Below the pieces are notes generated by a model, which searched no databases, had not been told where the DNA came from, and worked only from the letters and a program-made list of their open reading frames with translations. A DNA stretch of 62,655 nt, the filler included, from Pirum gemmata (Eukaryota): assembly GCA_002812295.1 (NCBI GenBank). It is 13 parts of 13 records of this genome, joined end to end, with 100 filler letters (N's around TTAATTAATTAA, not from the genome) between each part and the next. Parts side by side here need not be neighbours in the genome. Positions count along the whole stretch, not along the records: positions 22,425 to 26,715 come from PDIN01001310.1; positions 26,816 to 31,812 come from PDIN01001311.1; positions 31,913 to 36,204 come from PDIN01001312.1; positions 36,305 to 40,614 come from PDIN01001313.1; 9 more parts are not named here. One strand, 5' to 3'. This document shows positions 22,577-36,674 of the stretch, piece after piece (the first letter of the stretch is position 1; each line of letters starts with the position of its first letter). Made by a program: the position numbers and the translations under genes.

Positions 22577-25439
22577 TGTTCTTGAAAGGATTGTTTGTAA
22601 AATTTAAAAGTTCAACGTTTGTTTGTTTGTTTGTTTGTTTGTTTGTTTGTTTGTTTAAAAAAAAAAATTAATAATAGACTAAAAAAAGGATTTTTGTATT
22701 ATTAATATAATACTATGATAAGATCATAGTATGATACAACTTTCGCTGATTTAGACAGCCTTCTAGCTAGTAGTCTTTTTGTCTAAATAGACTATGATAT
22801 TCTCGAAATATTTATTTGGAGGTTTATAATATTTAAGTTGGCACTTTTAAATAAATATATGAATAATAAAATATACCAAATTAAATTAAATGGATTATAT
22901 TGTATTAATTTGGTACAATTTACGGCCTATCATAGAAAAAAAAAAAGCTGTTGGGTTTGTATATACCCTAAATACCCTAAAAGTGTAGATATAGACTAGT
23001 CTAAGGGATGACATCCCCTTTGGCAGAAATTTGGAGATAGGTTACAAAACTAGGGTTACAAAACTGTTACAAAAGGAATTGAGATGGCAAAAATTATTAC
23101 TTAAAATAGATATTTATATCCGTAAAATAGTAGTTTACTATATTAAGTATTACTATTAATAGTTATAAGTTAACTTTTTATAGTAATTTAAGTCAAATTT
23201 TCAATTTTTGCCGTACCCTAGGAAAGTCCTAGGAACGAACACCCTAGGTTGGTATTAGTATTATGACGTCATGTCATCCCTAGTCTACCTATCTAGCTAG
23301 CTAGACCTAGCTAGCTAGACTCCTATAGACTCTGTCTATCACCAGTAGACTAAATTAATTGCTTATTTTATTGCTTATCTCAATCTTTAATTTGGTACTT
23401 TTTAAGTGTATAATGGAACATTTTTATAAAATAAATTATTAATAATAACATACCAAATTAATTAAAACGTGTCCGATTATTTAACCATAATAATAATTTG
23501 GTATGTTTATTTCAGTCTAGCTAGTAGACAAATAATACAAAACTCTAGACTAGGATACAAAACTAGTCTAGTCTAGATCTAGCTTGACAAGTAGTTGGAG
23601 TAGGTAACTAGACCCCAATTATTTTTATTTTGAACTTTTTTAAGATAAACACAATAAACTTAAAACAAACCTAGTTTAACAAAATGGCTCTATTAATTTA
23701 ATAAAAAGATAATCTGGTAGTTTTTATTTTACTTTTTTTGACTAGATTTCTGGAATTTTTCACCGGTCATGTGACTCATGTCATGACCAGGAATTTTTTG
23801 ATTTTGCTGAGAGGTCTCTAACAGTTACTTAATTAAGAAGGAGTAGAACTACAATGTGAGTACCGACTCCAAATCTACCGGCTCCAGCTAGACCTGGATG
23901 TTTATTCTCAATCTAGAGTGGTTAAAAGGGAATCTACAGGCTTTAACCTAATATTTACTTCATAAACTACTCCCACACAGACTATTTTGAAAAGTTCAAT
24001 TAGTGTGAGTCAGATTATTTTCTTTTTTTTTTCTTCAAAAAAAAAAATTTAATCAGAAGTCCTCAAAAGTCCCAAGTAGATTGTGTCCAGTTCAAAAACT
24101 AAAATTAATCGTACCAAATTATCATTATTGTTAAATTATTAGACATTTTTTAATTAATTTGGTATTTTATACTTAATATTGTGTTTTATAAAAAAGTTCA
24201 ATTATACACTTAAACAGTACCAAATTAAAGATTGAGAGGATAACTATAATGAAAGACGATACCACTGNTGTTTTTTATGATCACTATTGTGCTTTATGTA
24301 TTTTGTCATTAAAGAATACACAGTAATACATACCAAATTCATACTATATCAAATTTATTTGATACAATTTAATTAACTTGGCGTGTTTAATAATTTATAT
24401 TTCAATTTAAAACAAACACGTTTATAAACTTAAAAGTACCAAATAAATAATCTAAGTGACAAAATAAATAAAATTTAGGGTTTGGGTTAGGGTTTGGGTT
24501 AGGGTTCGGGTTAGGGTTTGGGTTAGGGTTTGGGTTAGGGTTTGGGTTAGGGTTTGGGTTAGGGTTTGGGTTAGGGTTAGGGTTAGGGTTTTAAAACAAT
24601 TAATATATATAGGGTTAGTAATATTATTTTAATATTATTATTAATATTAATACTAGGGTTAGGCTGTTTTCACTTTTTATCTCTCACACTTCTCTAGCAC
24701 TAGATATTACTACTAGGGAGTAACACTATCGTGTTTTTCCATGAGTCTCATGGTTTTTCAATACGATTGTGTTATCCAGTTCAAAAACTGAAACAAACGC
24801 GTACGTATTATACCAAATTATTATTATGGCTAAACTATCAGACATGTTTTAATTAATTCGGTATTTTATACTTTTAATTTAAATGTTGTATTTTATAAAA
24901 AAGTTCAATTATACACTTAAACAGTACCAAATTATAATAAAGATTGAGAGGATAACTGTAATGAAATAGATTATACTTAAGACCCACTACTGTTTTCACT
25001 ACTCTAGCGAGGAGGGCTAGGGTTTAGGGTTTTTAAATAGGGTTAGAGTTAAAAATATTAGGGTTAGGGTTAAAAATATTAGGGTTAGGGTTAAAAATAT
25101 TAGGGTTAGGGTTAAAACTATTAGGGTTAAGCTGTTTTAACTAAGTTCTTTTTATCATATCTCTCACACTTCTCTACTAGCTAGTAGTACAATAGTATCA
25201 TAGCAGCTAGATCTTTCACTCTGTAGTATTTTTCCGTGAGTTTCATGGTTTTTCAATAGTTTTAAATCCAGTTCAAAAACTGAAACATACTAAATTATCA
25301 TTATGGCTAAACTATATAGCAGACCTAGACATGTTTTAATTAATTGATTTCGTATTTTATACTTATAATGTATGTTACATTCTATAAACAAGTTCAACTG
25401 TACACTTAAACAGTACAGAATTAAAGATTGAGAAAGAGG

Positions 25440-26060
25440 ATGCAGATATTAATAAAGAGAATAAAGTAAATAATATTGTATTTTAATACAGCATTGCATA
25501 TTACAGCCTATAATGGTCATGATGATTGTTTAAACGAATTAATTAAAATGCCAAAGGATTGCACGCCTCTTTTTATCAGCCTATGAAGGTATCGTATACG
25601 TAGGTTGTTTAATAAAGAGATTAATTTCCGTAGGGGTAAACATTAATAAACGTGGTAATTATGCATACCCTAATAATTTCAACAACTCTCTGGGGTCAAG
25701 AGTTATGTTTAAATAAATTAATTCAAGCTGATCATGAGGCGGATCAAGATAAAGTTGGTTCTAAAGGTAGAACTCCTCTTTGTCAAGCTGCAGTATATGT
25801 CAAGCTGCAGTATATGGCAAACTTATAAGTGATAAAAACTTAATTACAGCTGGTGCTGACCCTTCCATAAAAGCTTAAGATAATGACAGGAATACAGCCT
25901 TAAGGTTTGCTGATCTTAACTATCATGGGTAATATTAATACTAGCTATAGTGTTTAGATTTTTTAAAAAATATACTAATATAAGTAATAAACAAAGCCAT
26001 TCTAATGATGTTGAAGTAAACAACTCTGGTCCAGCGAATCGCAAGAAAAAAAGGAAATAA
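25440..26060 (+). pseudogene. Second decayed ankyrin-repeat paralog
   Basis: Matches the 3' half of the 15.9-17.5 kb gene (TAATTTCCGTAGGGGTA.ACAT, GHDDCLNELIK, KGRTPLCQAAVYG, AGADPSIK) and ends NRKKKRK. It is full of small insertions. Confidence 0.75.
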
Positions 26061-28514
26061 TAACCTTTAGCTTTAATTAACTACCATCCTTATTCTATAT
26101 ATCTAGTTTATATCGTCAACTGCAATATTCGTATTAATATAATAGTTGCAATTGTAACATCAAAAAAAAGTATGGACATTGTAGCAGCAGCATAATATAT
26201 ATAGGTTCAAAAGCGTAATATAGCTATAGCTACAGTATTAAATTTTACTGAATTATTATCTAAGAATCACTGTTCTCAATTCCAAAATGCATATATTCGC
26301 ACCAATTTAATATAGTTTATATCGTCAACAGCATTATTCGTAATAGTTGCAATTGTAACATCAAAAAAAAAGTATGGACATTGTGAAAGCATCATAACAT
26401 AGGTTCAAAAGCGTAATATAGCTATAGCTACAGTAATTATAATCTAAGAATCACTGTTTTCAATTCCAAAATGCAAAAGGAGTTGGCAAATAAAAAAGAA
26501 TATATATTCGCACCAATGCAATACAATGATTTTAGAGATTCAAATTTATATTAATATATGTTTTATTAAAATACTGTAACTTAAAAGTTGTTAGGTATCA
26601 TGTATACTTTTCATTTGTAGAGAAATTTTCCGGTGGCAAGTTGGCAACACCTCGAAAAAAAGTTCCATAAGGATCTCACGGATTCTCAGTGTCTCACCCC
26701 TAATTTAACTACTTCNNNNNNNNNNNNNNNNNNNNNNNNNNNNNNNNNNNNNNNNNNNNTTAATTAATTAANNNNNNNNNNNNNNNNNNNNNNNNNNNNN
26801 NNNNNNNNNNNNNNNTAGACGTCTACAGTTTGTCTACACACTTTTGAAATCTGGAAATGCTCCAATTTCAGGCTCCAATTTTAATGAGACTTGCACCATT
26901 TAAAAGGTAATTGCAATGCGAACTTGGGTGGGCGTATATTGTAACATGACTTATAATATTTGTTAACAAACGCTCTCAATGCGACATGAAAAAAAGTACT
27001 ATTAACTTAGTATTAACTTTCACTTTTGATAAAATTTTACTATTAGGAGTTGTATCCTAGTTACTATATATGGAGTTTTTTGAAAAATAGACTAAGCGTC
27101 ATTATCAGTTTTTTAAAAAAAAAATGCTCGAAAAATATAGTAGTAAAATTCGATCTACAGATACTTTGTTCAAAAAGTGGGTAACAATGAAAAAAAGGCA
27201 TTCTAGATTTACAAAAATTACAAAAAAAAGAAAGTTCGATTCGATGACTGACCCATTGGTGTTGATTTTGGTACCCCTAGCTTCAATGCTATTTTACTCT
27301 ATTTTTTAAAAATCATAAAAAACACTAAAAAGTGACAATTTTACTAACCTTGTTTTGCTTGAAAAATGCTAAAAAATGAAGATTCTTAGACTACATCTTC
27401 TTACTTTTTTTTTATTATAATATTATACCAAGGCCTTGATATAATAATATCATAAAAAAATAATAATATTAATTAATAATACTCTAAAATAAAAAAAAAA
27501 TAAAAAAAAGTAAAATACTATAATATTATATTTATAAAATAAAAAAATGTTGTTTCATTACAGTAACTGTTATCCTCTCAATCTTTAAATTGATACTATT
27601 TATTAATTAAGTGTATAATTGAGCTTGTTTATAAAATAAAACATTAAAAGTATTAATATAAAATACCAAATTAATTAATAAAACATGTCTGATAATTTAA
27701 CAGTGTTTAACCATAATAACAATTTGGTATGTTTATTTCAGTTTTTGAACTGGACAACACAAATAAAAATACGATAGGTAATAGTGCTTGTGAAAAGGAC
27801 GTCTAATAATGATGATATAATGAACTTTATGATATCAATGATAATGATAATGATAATGATAATGATAATGATAATGATAATTATAATGCATATGGTAATA
27901 ATAATGATATTGATATTAATCTATTGATAGTAATATTGAAATTGATAATGATAATGATGTTGATATTGATAATGATAATGGATAAAGATAATGGACAATG
28001 ATATATTAATATCGATAATATTAATATCAATGATAATGATAATAATAACTTAAAGATAATGATAACTAATGATAACGATAATGATATCGATAATGATAAC
28101 GATAATGATAAAAATTAATGATAATGATATCAACAATACGATAATGATAGTATTAAAATATTAATATTAATAATGGTATTAATATTAATGATAGTGATAG
28201 TGATAATGATAATGATAATGATAATGATCGATAATAATAGTAATAATGATCGATAATGATGGCGATAATAATAATGATAAAACTATCAGTTATAAATATA
28301 CCAACGGAAAACACACTCTATCATAATTCATAGAATGTTATAATTAGCTATAGAAATACCTTCTTTTTGATTTTAAGATGAATATTTTGGGGGTGGTTTT
28401 AATCCCGCAAAGCTGAACACAGATTTATCAATGCAATTATTTATGATATTTAGTTTAGAGCGAAGTTTTGTGAGCCTAGCTAGCTAGCTATCGTACTAAG
28501 CTAGCTAGCTAGAG

Positions 28515-28925
28515 TAAGCCAATTCTGCTCGAGCCCGAAAAATCGGAATTTCTACTGCCGAAAAAAAAGCCGAAATTCAGGCCTGTTCGAAAATTATTTC
28601 CTTTTTTCGAGTTTATAAATAAATAAATATGCTTGAATACTTAACTGTTAGCTGAAAATGTTCGAACTAATTTAATTAATGCATCGGCTCGAAAACTCGA
28701 TTTTTACTAGATACCTTAGAGCTATGATAGTTAGACTTCTCCCAGATTTCGAGTCTGTATATCAATTAATAAGTTCGAAATGTTCAAGCTTACAATATAA
28801 AAGTATTCAAATATATTTATTTATTAATAAACCCGAAAAATATGAAAAAAAAAAATTTTCAAACGTAGCTGAATTTTGACAGCAGAAATTCGGGTTTTCG
28901 GGTTTGAGCAGAATTGGGAGGCCTA
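28515..28925. mobile_element. MITE family E with ~45-bp TIRs
   Basis: CCAATTCTGCTCGAGCCCGAAAAATCGGAATTTCTACTGCCGAAAA ... TTTTGACAGCAGAAATTCGGGTTTTCGGGTTTGAGCAGAATTGG. Partial copies at about 45510-45717 and 49020-49100. Confidence 0.75.
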
Positions 28926-30377
28926 ATGATTGTAGCAATAAAGTAGCTTATATAATTTAGATAGTCTACCTATTTCATTGGTTCCAAAGTGCTCAAATAT
29001 CAAATTCGGGGTTTACTTTTTTTTAAAAAATTATTTAATTCTTTTTCATTGGTTTTTTTTTCATATTCTTCCTTTGTGATTTTCTTCCCCATTCAGTGGT
29101 AAATTGGTAATACCAAATAATACTCAAATAATATCAGAATACTCAGAATAATATAATATTATATTATTTTTTTTTTAATCTTGAATAATATTATTACAGA
29201 ATAATAAAAGAATAAAATATACATAATAGGTTATAATAAAAAGGGGTTTTTTGAAAAAAAAAAAAAATTTTTTTAGTTTTTTTTTTTTTTAAACAATAAA
29301 TAAAGAAGTACCAAATACAGTTTACTGGAATTTTTTTTGTTTTTTTTAAGCAATCACAACTCGGAGTCATCTACAATCTAGCTAGTTCTATGGGGGGGGG
29401 CTCAGGGCTGTAGGGGGTACCTAGCTAGTAGCTACTAGCTAGCTAGTAGAGATCTCCTAGTAGCTAGTAGGCTAGTAGCAACTAAGTTGGAATTTGGAGA
29501 CGACTACAGCTCAGCTAAAACTACCCAAGATTATTTTTAAAAAAATAATAATAATAAGCTTTCATAATAAAAAAAATTTTTTTAATTAAAAATCTAACTG
29601 TATTCTAGTAGCTAAAATTCTTACAAAAAAAAAGATTCGTTTTGGGCAAGAAAAGAATTTTTACAGCCATGAAATTTTCAAGTAATTTTCAGTAGGGGTG
29701 AGAATCGTGAGATATCTACTGGAATTTTTTTCGAACAAATGCTTATCGAGCCAACCTTAGTTCCGTGTTTTTACTAATAATAGCAGTTAAATAGCTTAAA
29801 TTAACATTAATAGTAATAAAACCATAAAATCGGAAAAGTTCTGGCAGCTGTTCGGTAATAATAAAATGATGTCATCTCACCCCTACTAAATTTTCACTAA
29901 ATTTTCTGTTATTTTTGGTTCAATTTAATTTTTTACAACTTTTTGGGGTTTTACTAGAATTTTCAGTTTTCAACAAACTAGAATTTTCAGTTTTTAACAT
30001 AAATAATATAGTAGGTAATTTATAGGTTTGAAAATTCGAACATAAAAAATAAAAAAAAGGTTGGACTTTTTTTTTAAAAAAATCAATCAGGACGTTTTTA
30101 GCAAATTTGCGCAAGGATTTTTTAAAATTGGTCGTTTTCAGTCGCTTTGTAGTTTTGCAGTAGTTTTGCTTAGACCCCACCAGCCCACCTCACCACTACC
30201 TCACCCCACTCCCAAGAGATTTTTCAACATTTCTTATCACTTTTCCAGTTCGCTAAAGTTTTAGTGCTCGAAATATTTATAAGTCTTTCTAAGATCTTGT
30301 TATAAGGTGGCTAGAAGCTCAAATAACTCTCAAATGTCAAAAAGTGAGTTCAAAAAATAGACATCGAGTAATTAATA

Positions 30378-30410
30378 GCGCCGAGCCACCGCCGAGTGCG
30401 GCGTGCCTAG
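30378..30410 (+). mobile_element. Helitron-type 3' terminus
   Basis: GC-rich hairpin CGCCG-AGTG-CGGCG followed closely by CTAG|T in otherwise AT-rich DNA. The 5' end was not identified. Confidence 0.5.
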
Positions 30411-31959
30411 TAAAAAAATACAAAAAATCCCCCACAAAAAAACCAATAAAAAGAAGTTTGATTTATAAATCTGAGTTTGAAACTTTTTGAAGACGACTGT
30501 CTGATTTGATAACAATAATAACAATATCAATAACAATAACAATTTTTTTTAAAATAACAATATCATAACAATACAATAATAACAATAACAATAACAATAA
30601 CAATAACAATAACAATAACAATAACAATAACAATAACAATAACAATAACAATAACAATAACAATAAGAACAATAACGTTAAATTAATAAATAATAACAAC
30701 AATAATAACAATAATAACAATAATAACAATATTAATAACAAAAACAATATATTAATAACAATGCCAATATTAATAACAATAACGTTAATATATAATAATA
30801 ACAATAATAACAATAATAACAATAATAACAATATTATTAGTAATAACAATAACAATATATTAATAGCAATGCCAATATTAATAACAGTAATAACAATAGC
30901 AACAACGTTAACAATAACAATAGCAATAACAATAACAATAACTATTAATATATCAACATCAACATCAATAACAATATCAATAATAATAGCAACATAATTA
31001 ATAACTATATTATAACATACAATAACAATGTATACAGTAACAATAACAATAAGCAATGACTATAACAATAACAATAACAATAACGATAACAATAACAATA
31101 ACAATAACAATAACAATAACAATAACAATANTTCGTATTCGTTATTTTAAAACTTATAAAAACTTCTCTTTTTAACAGTCCTAGAAAACAAAGACTCATA
31201 TATATGAAACTTTTCACAATCACAAAACTGTCTCCGATCATACATATTATCGGGTCTATATCTCGAGTATTTATATAACGAACCGAACTCGGCTCGAGGG
31301 TACTTCGAGCCGCCGGACGACAACCTTACTTATAATTTGGTACGTTTATTTCAGTTTAATTAAAACACGATATAAATCATTCAGTCCAGCATGAATAAAT
31401 AACGGCAAAGGTGTCTATATATATTATATTATACGAAAGACACTCGAAAGACCCAAATCTTGTTCCATATATATAATTTTTTTATCTCAAATCAATTACC
31501 AACATTTTTCATCGATGACGTTTTAATAAATTCAAAAATCGGAAAAGTTAGTTCATTTCAAAGAAATGTATTAGAAAAGTTTTTTAATATACACTTAAGT
31601 TCACAAATTTTATTTAACGCGTTTAATTTTAAATTAAATGATGAAGATATAAAACCTGAATTATCACAATTAGTCCAATTTATCGATTTGAGATTTCGAT
31701 CGTTAACTACCAAATTAATGGTAAATGGTAAATACAAATCATATGATATAATATTATTTATAAATAAATAAATAAATAAATAAATAAAGTAGAAAGTCAA
31801 ACTACAATCGTANNNNNNNNNNNNNNNNNNNNNNNNNNNNNNNNNNNNNNNNNNNNTTAATTAATTAANNNNNNNNNNNNNNNNNNNNNNNNNNNNNNNN
31901 NNNNNNNNNNNNTTATTATTATTATTATAACAGTATTAATATTTTCTGATGTTATTTAG

Positions 31960-33281
31960 ATGAGAAACCTTAATAAAGTGGAAGATGCAATAAAAAAATC
32001 ATTTGCACTGTTTGATAAATATCCCAATGATGAAGGTATGTTTTTTTGTTTTAGCATAATCTTCGTATACATTTTCATGTATATTTTTATTTATAATCTC
32101 TATTACAGTTACATTGTCTTTTTATCTTTTCCTTTTGTTTTTTGTTGCGATTTTATTCATGGAGACTTGCGTTTGTCGCCTTTTTTTCATATAGTTCATC
32201 ATCACAACATGGTGTGCTATGCTATACTGTTGGTTTATTGATGACGACGACGATGATGATGATGATGATGTCTTATTTCATTTTTTTATGTTCCTGATAT
32301 TGTTCTTCTTTACACTTTCTTTTTATTAAAGGGGTGAAAAGCCTTCATCAAGATATAAAAAAACATCAGCAAATATTGCGTGATAAAGTTACCTCTGATA
32401 CCGAACACAAAATGAAAAATCAAACACACTACGACATACTTGAGTTAAGGTATAACTATTAACTTTATAAACCATTTATTACTTAAAGTTGCAATTTTTT
32501 TTCCAACACTTTCTTGGTTATTATTGTTATTACTATTGTTTTTAGTTTTGTAATTCTTGGTATTATTGTTATTGATTTTAAGTTTTGGGGTTAAAACCTG
32601 TAAACAGTTATAAAAACGTTGTGAGAATTAGGTGTAATGTTCCACTTTATGATTCTAATAATGACAATATAAAATGAAAATAATACCATTGCTCATAGAT
32701 ACGACGCAGATGATAAGGCAATCAAGAAGGCCTACCGAGTAAAAGCTCTTATGTGGCATCCGGATAAACACGCCAATAAAACTGAGAAAGAACGTGCAGA
32801 GGCAGATGTTAGATTCAAGCGTTTGCAGCAAGTAATATATATTTTACCAACAATTCTAACTATTATATTCTATTATTACCGTTACTGTTAATGTTGATAT
32901 TATTGTTGTTGGCTTTTACCAATTATTCTATTTGGTTATTGTCATTACTATCATTGTCATTACTGTTGTTCGTGCTGCTAGTTACTTATAACTGGGAAAT
33001 ATTGCTCCAGCTGATATAAAATCTAAAACATTTATCATTTATTTTTTTTTAAAAAAAAGGCTTACAATGTATTAAGTGATGAAAAGGCGCGACGAGATTA
33101 TGACCGAGAGCAACGATACGCAAGAGCTTCCGAATACAGCTCCTATAATAAGCAATCGAACTCTGCGTATTATTCATTCCACAACTATCAAAATCATCAG
33201 GGACCTGGGCATGGGCAAAGGGGAGGTTTTTCTAATCCAAGGCGAACACAAAACAACCGCCGTTCTAGACGACCGAACTAA
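31960..33281 (+). CDS. Protein with a C-terminal J-domain (possibly DNAJC7-like), last 4 exons
   Basis: Exons 31960-32035, 32332-32449, 32699-32831 and 33060-33281 splice in frame to THYDILELRYDADDKAIKKAYRVKALMWHPDKH...RFKRLQQAYNVLSDEKARRDYD, which contains the HPD motif. Confidence 0.9.
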
Positions 33282-34255
33282 CATCATAAGTATTTTTTAT
33301 AGTAGTGATAAAAAAGTCTTGTTAAAAAAACTTAATTAAAAGTAATGAATTTGCTTATATTGCCGAATCTTCATAATAAAGGCAGAAACAGGTACAAAAT
33401 TTTCATGATTCAAGTTACTGTGGTTGGAATACATAGGGGTGCCAAATCGTTCAGAATCAAGGCAGTACGACTGGTACCCAATTATCATGATTTAAGTTAC
33501 TATAGTTTGTTGCAATACACGTTAAATTGTGGTGGAAACTCACCTTTAATGGGGGGTGGGAACCCCGAAATTTTATTTTTCAGTACAAAACGGGTACGGA
33601 AATCATGATTCAAGTTATTGTGATGGGAACACAACTATCAGGAACACACACCAAAGGGAAGTGGGAAACCCGAATCATGATTTTTGTTTAGGCCTAGAGT
33701 TATTCCGACTCTCTTCAGTGTTTATACTTTTAGTTTTACTGTTAATTTAGGAGAAGGGTGGGGGATTTAATAATCTATATATAACGGGGGAAATTAAATT
33801 CAAAGAAAGACACATGTATATGTAGTTTTTTAAAAATATTTTTAGTTAAATTACACTTTATTAACCAAAAACAAACTAGAAGGCAGGTTTCAAAAAATTG
33901 GAATACAAAACAAAATTTACAACCCTTGCCCACTGATACAGACAGAAAATTCAAATAATGAAATCAAGTCTTCCCCTTTACGACATGTAATTTAATCATT
34001 GTTTTGAGAAAGGGTCTGTTCAGGCAGCCATCAATTTAAATAGGGCCGAGAAAATCCCCTCTCCCGAATCACGGGTCCTTTCAAAAGCATTCAAAATATA
34101 CCATTGCATACAGTTACGATTACGATTACAAAATGAAAAGAGAGCACTTGGAAGTATGTATACGTAAGTTTTATTTGTAATCTAATAAACCCAATGTAAA
34201 AAATTTAATAAAAAGTTCACTGACATGTTAATTTAGCTAGCTTCCTTGCTTTTGT

Positions 34256-35856
34256 TTACAGTTTGGATTGTAAATCCGGTACGGCTTTAAACAAATCTGC
34301 TACTAATCCGTAATCTGCGACCTTTATAAAAAAATTAAATGAACACATAAGTATTATAATATAAACCCGAGGATATTCAAGAAAAAAAATAAAATAAAAA
34401 AAGCACACACAGTATATTTAAGAACGTATATTTAAATACTAAATAATAAAAGGATTAATGAAATGGTAAAAGGGTGTTTTCATACTTGAAAAATTGGCGC
34501 ATCAGCATCTTTGTTAATAGCCACGATTGTTTTAGAATCTTTCATACCTATTATAGAAAATAAAGAAAATCAAAAGTCAATGATCAAAACATGAAATTGG
34601 AGTAAGCTGTAAAATACGTAGGTATGGAAATTGCAAACCACATGATAACAAGATTATAAATGCTTGGCAATCATGAATGAATCTTTATTTACATACCAGC
34701 CAAGTGTTGAATAGCGCCGGAGATACCAACTGCGATGTAAAGTTCAGGAGCAACAATCTTACCGGTTTGACCAACTTGCATATCATTTGGTACATATCCT
34801 AATGAAATAGTTAATAATGATTTTGATAATTAATCAAAAAATAATACACATAAAAAAAGACATTAAAAAAAAAACAAAAAAAACAAAATCTTAAATCACC
34901 ATCAAAGCTATGACTCACTATATATTTAAAATACCTGCATCAACAGCAGCTCGAGACGCACCAACACCAGCATTCATTTTGTCCGCCAAGTCATATAATA
35001 TTTTAAAATTGTCAGCACTTTTTAATGCACGCCCACCAGCAACAACTTTAGAAGCAGAACCAAGATCAGGACGATCACTCTTGCTTAATTCGGAACCAGC
35101 AAATTTTGATAAATCCTGAGAAGGAGCAGCGTCAATATCCTGATAAAAACCGTTATCAATTATAAAAACGGGGTAAAAAAATGAGTAATATTTTTCAAAC
35201 GAATACAAAAAAAGGGACGTATGGGATAGATTTTGGTCGCATGAATACAACACCTATTATTTAAATATCAGTTGGAAAAAGTAACAAACCTCACAAGAAG
35301 CAGAACCGCCAGAAGTTGCTGCAGCTGGAAAAGCGGTGGATCTTACAGTAATAAGTTTAACAGGTTCTGATGATTGAACTGTCGCAATTGCATTACCTGT
35401 GTATAAACCCCAAACCAAAAATTAAAAAACCAACCAACCAACCCACAAAAAAAATATATATATACCAGCATATATTGGTCGAGTAAATGTATCTTCAGAT
35501 TCAACGGACAAAATTTCAGATATTGGTGCACAATCTAACAATGCTCCAACTCTAGGAATAATATTCTAAAAAAAGTACAAGATATCATGATTTTAATCAA
35601 AACAGAAAAACGATATGAATATTGAAATTAGTAACGAATTTTTAGAAATTATAGTATTCTTAACATTTTTTATTTTAAACCCCATTAATACCTTGCCATT
35701 AGCACTTGCAGAAGAAAGAATATGAGTAAAATTAAACTGCTTTTGCGCTGCTTCGATAGCCGGAGCGACCGCTTCAGCTAACATGCCTTCAAACCCAGCA
35801 TTTTGGGCAACAACAACTTTACTGACCCCAGCAACTTGTGACACTTCACTGGCAAC
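34256..35856 (-). CDS. ETFA: Electron transfer flavoprotein alpha subunit, 3' seven exons
   Basis: Spliced peptides [82 protein letters not shown] and [15 protein letters not shown]. Confidence 0.96.
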
Positions 35857-36170
35857 CTACACAATGATAAATAAAAATATAATGTTCTAATGAGATCATA
35901 AAAATTACAATCATAATATCAAAGTAATAAGAATAATAATTATAAGACTGAACAACAAAAACAAAACGATAGAGAAATGATAATAACGATAACAATAACA
36001 ATGATAGTGATAAGAATAGAGAAAAACAAACCCAAAAAAAAATAAAGAGTATTTCTCATTGATCATGATTTTAATCTCAATTTAATAACATAAAATGGCA
36101 GTAATGAAAACATATTAGATAGTAAGAAAAAAACCTGTAATTGAAGATAATTGTTTAATACAAGAATAAA

Positions 36171-36204
<34 letters not shown>

Positions 36205-36347
36205 NNNNNNNNNNNNNNNNNNNNNNNNNNNNNNNNNNNNNNNNNNNNTTAATTAATTAANNNNNNNNNNNNNNNNNNNNNNNNNNNNNNNNNNNNNNNN
36301 NNNNAACAAAAAACAAAAAAACAAAAAACAAAAAACAAAAAACAAAA

Positions 36348-36421
<74 letters not shown>

Positions 36422-36674
36422 AACTATATACAATCCACAAACACAAAAAGCCAAAACACAAAACAAACAAAAAAAAAATAAGACAATACAAGACGAACGT
36501 GATAAAGAAAAAAAAGAAAAAAAAGAAAAAAAACCAAAAAACCAAAAAAAAAAGGAAACTAAAAAAGAAAAAAAAATAGGAAAATCAAAAAAATAAACAA
36601 AATAATTTTTTTGAAATCGGATAATTTGTGAATTCGTCATATACACCCACATTTTATATAAATAATTAATTTAC

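Noticed and set aside
31440..31771. ORF MFHIYNFF... (and the coding-like stretch at 46950-47150)
   Set aside because: These could be isolated exons, but they have no motif or reliable splice context to support a call.
33400..33690. CRISPR array
   Set aside because: Repeats are short and imperfect, spacers are irregular, the context is eukaryotic and there are no cas genes.
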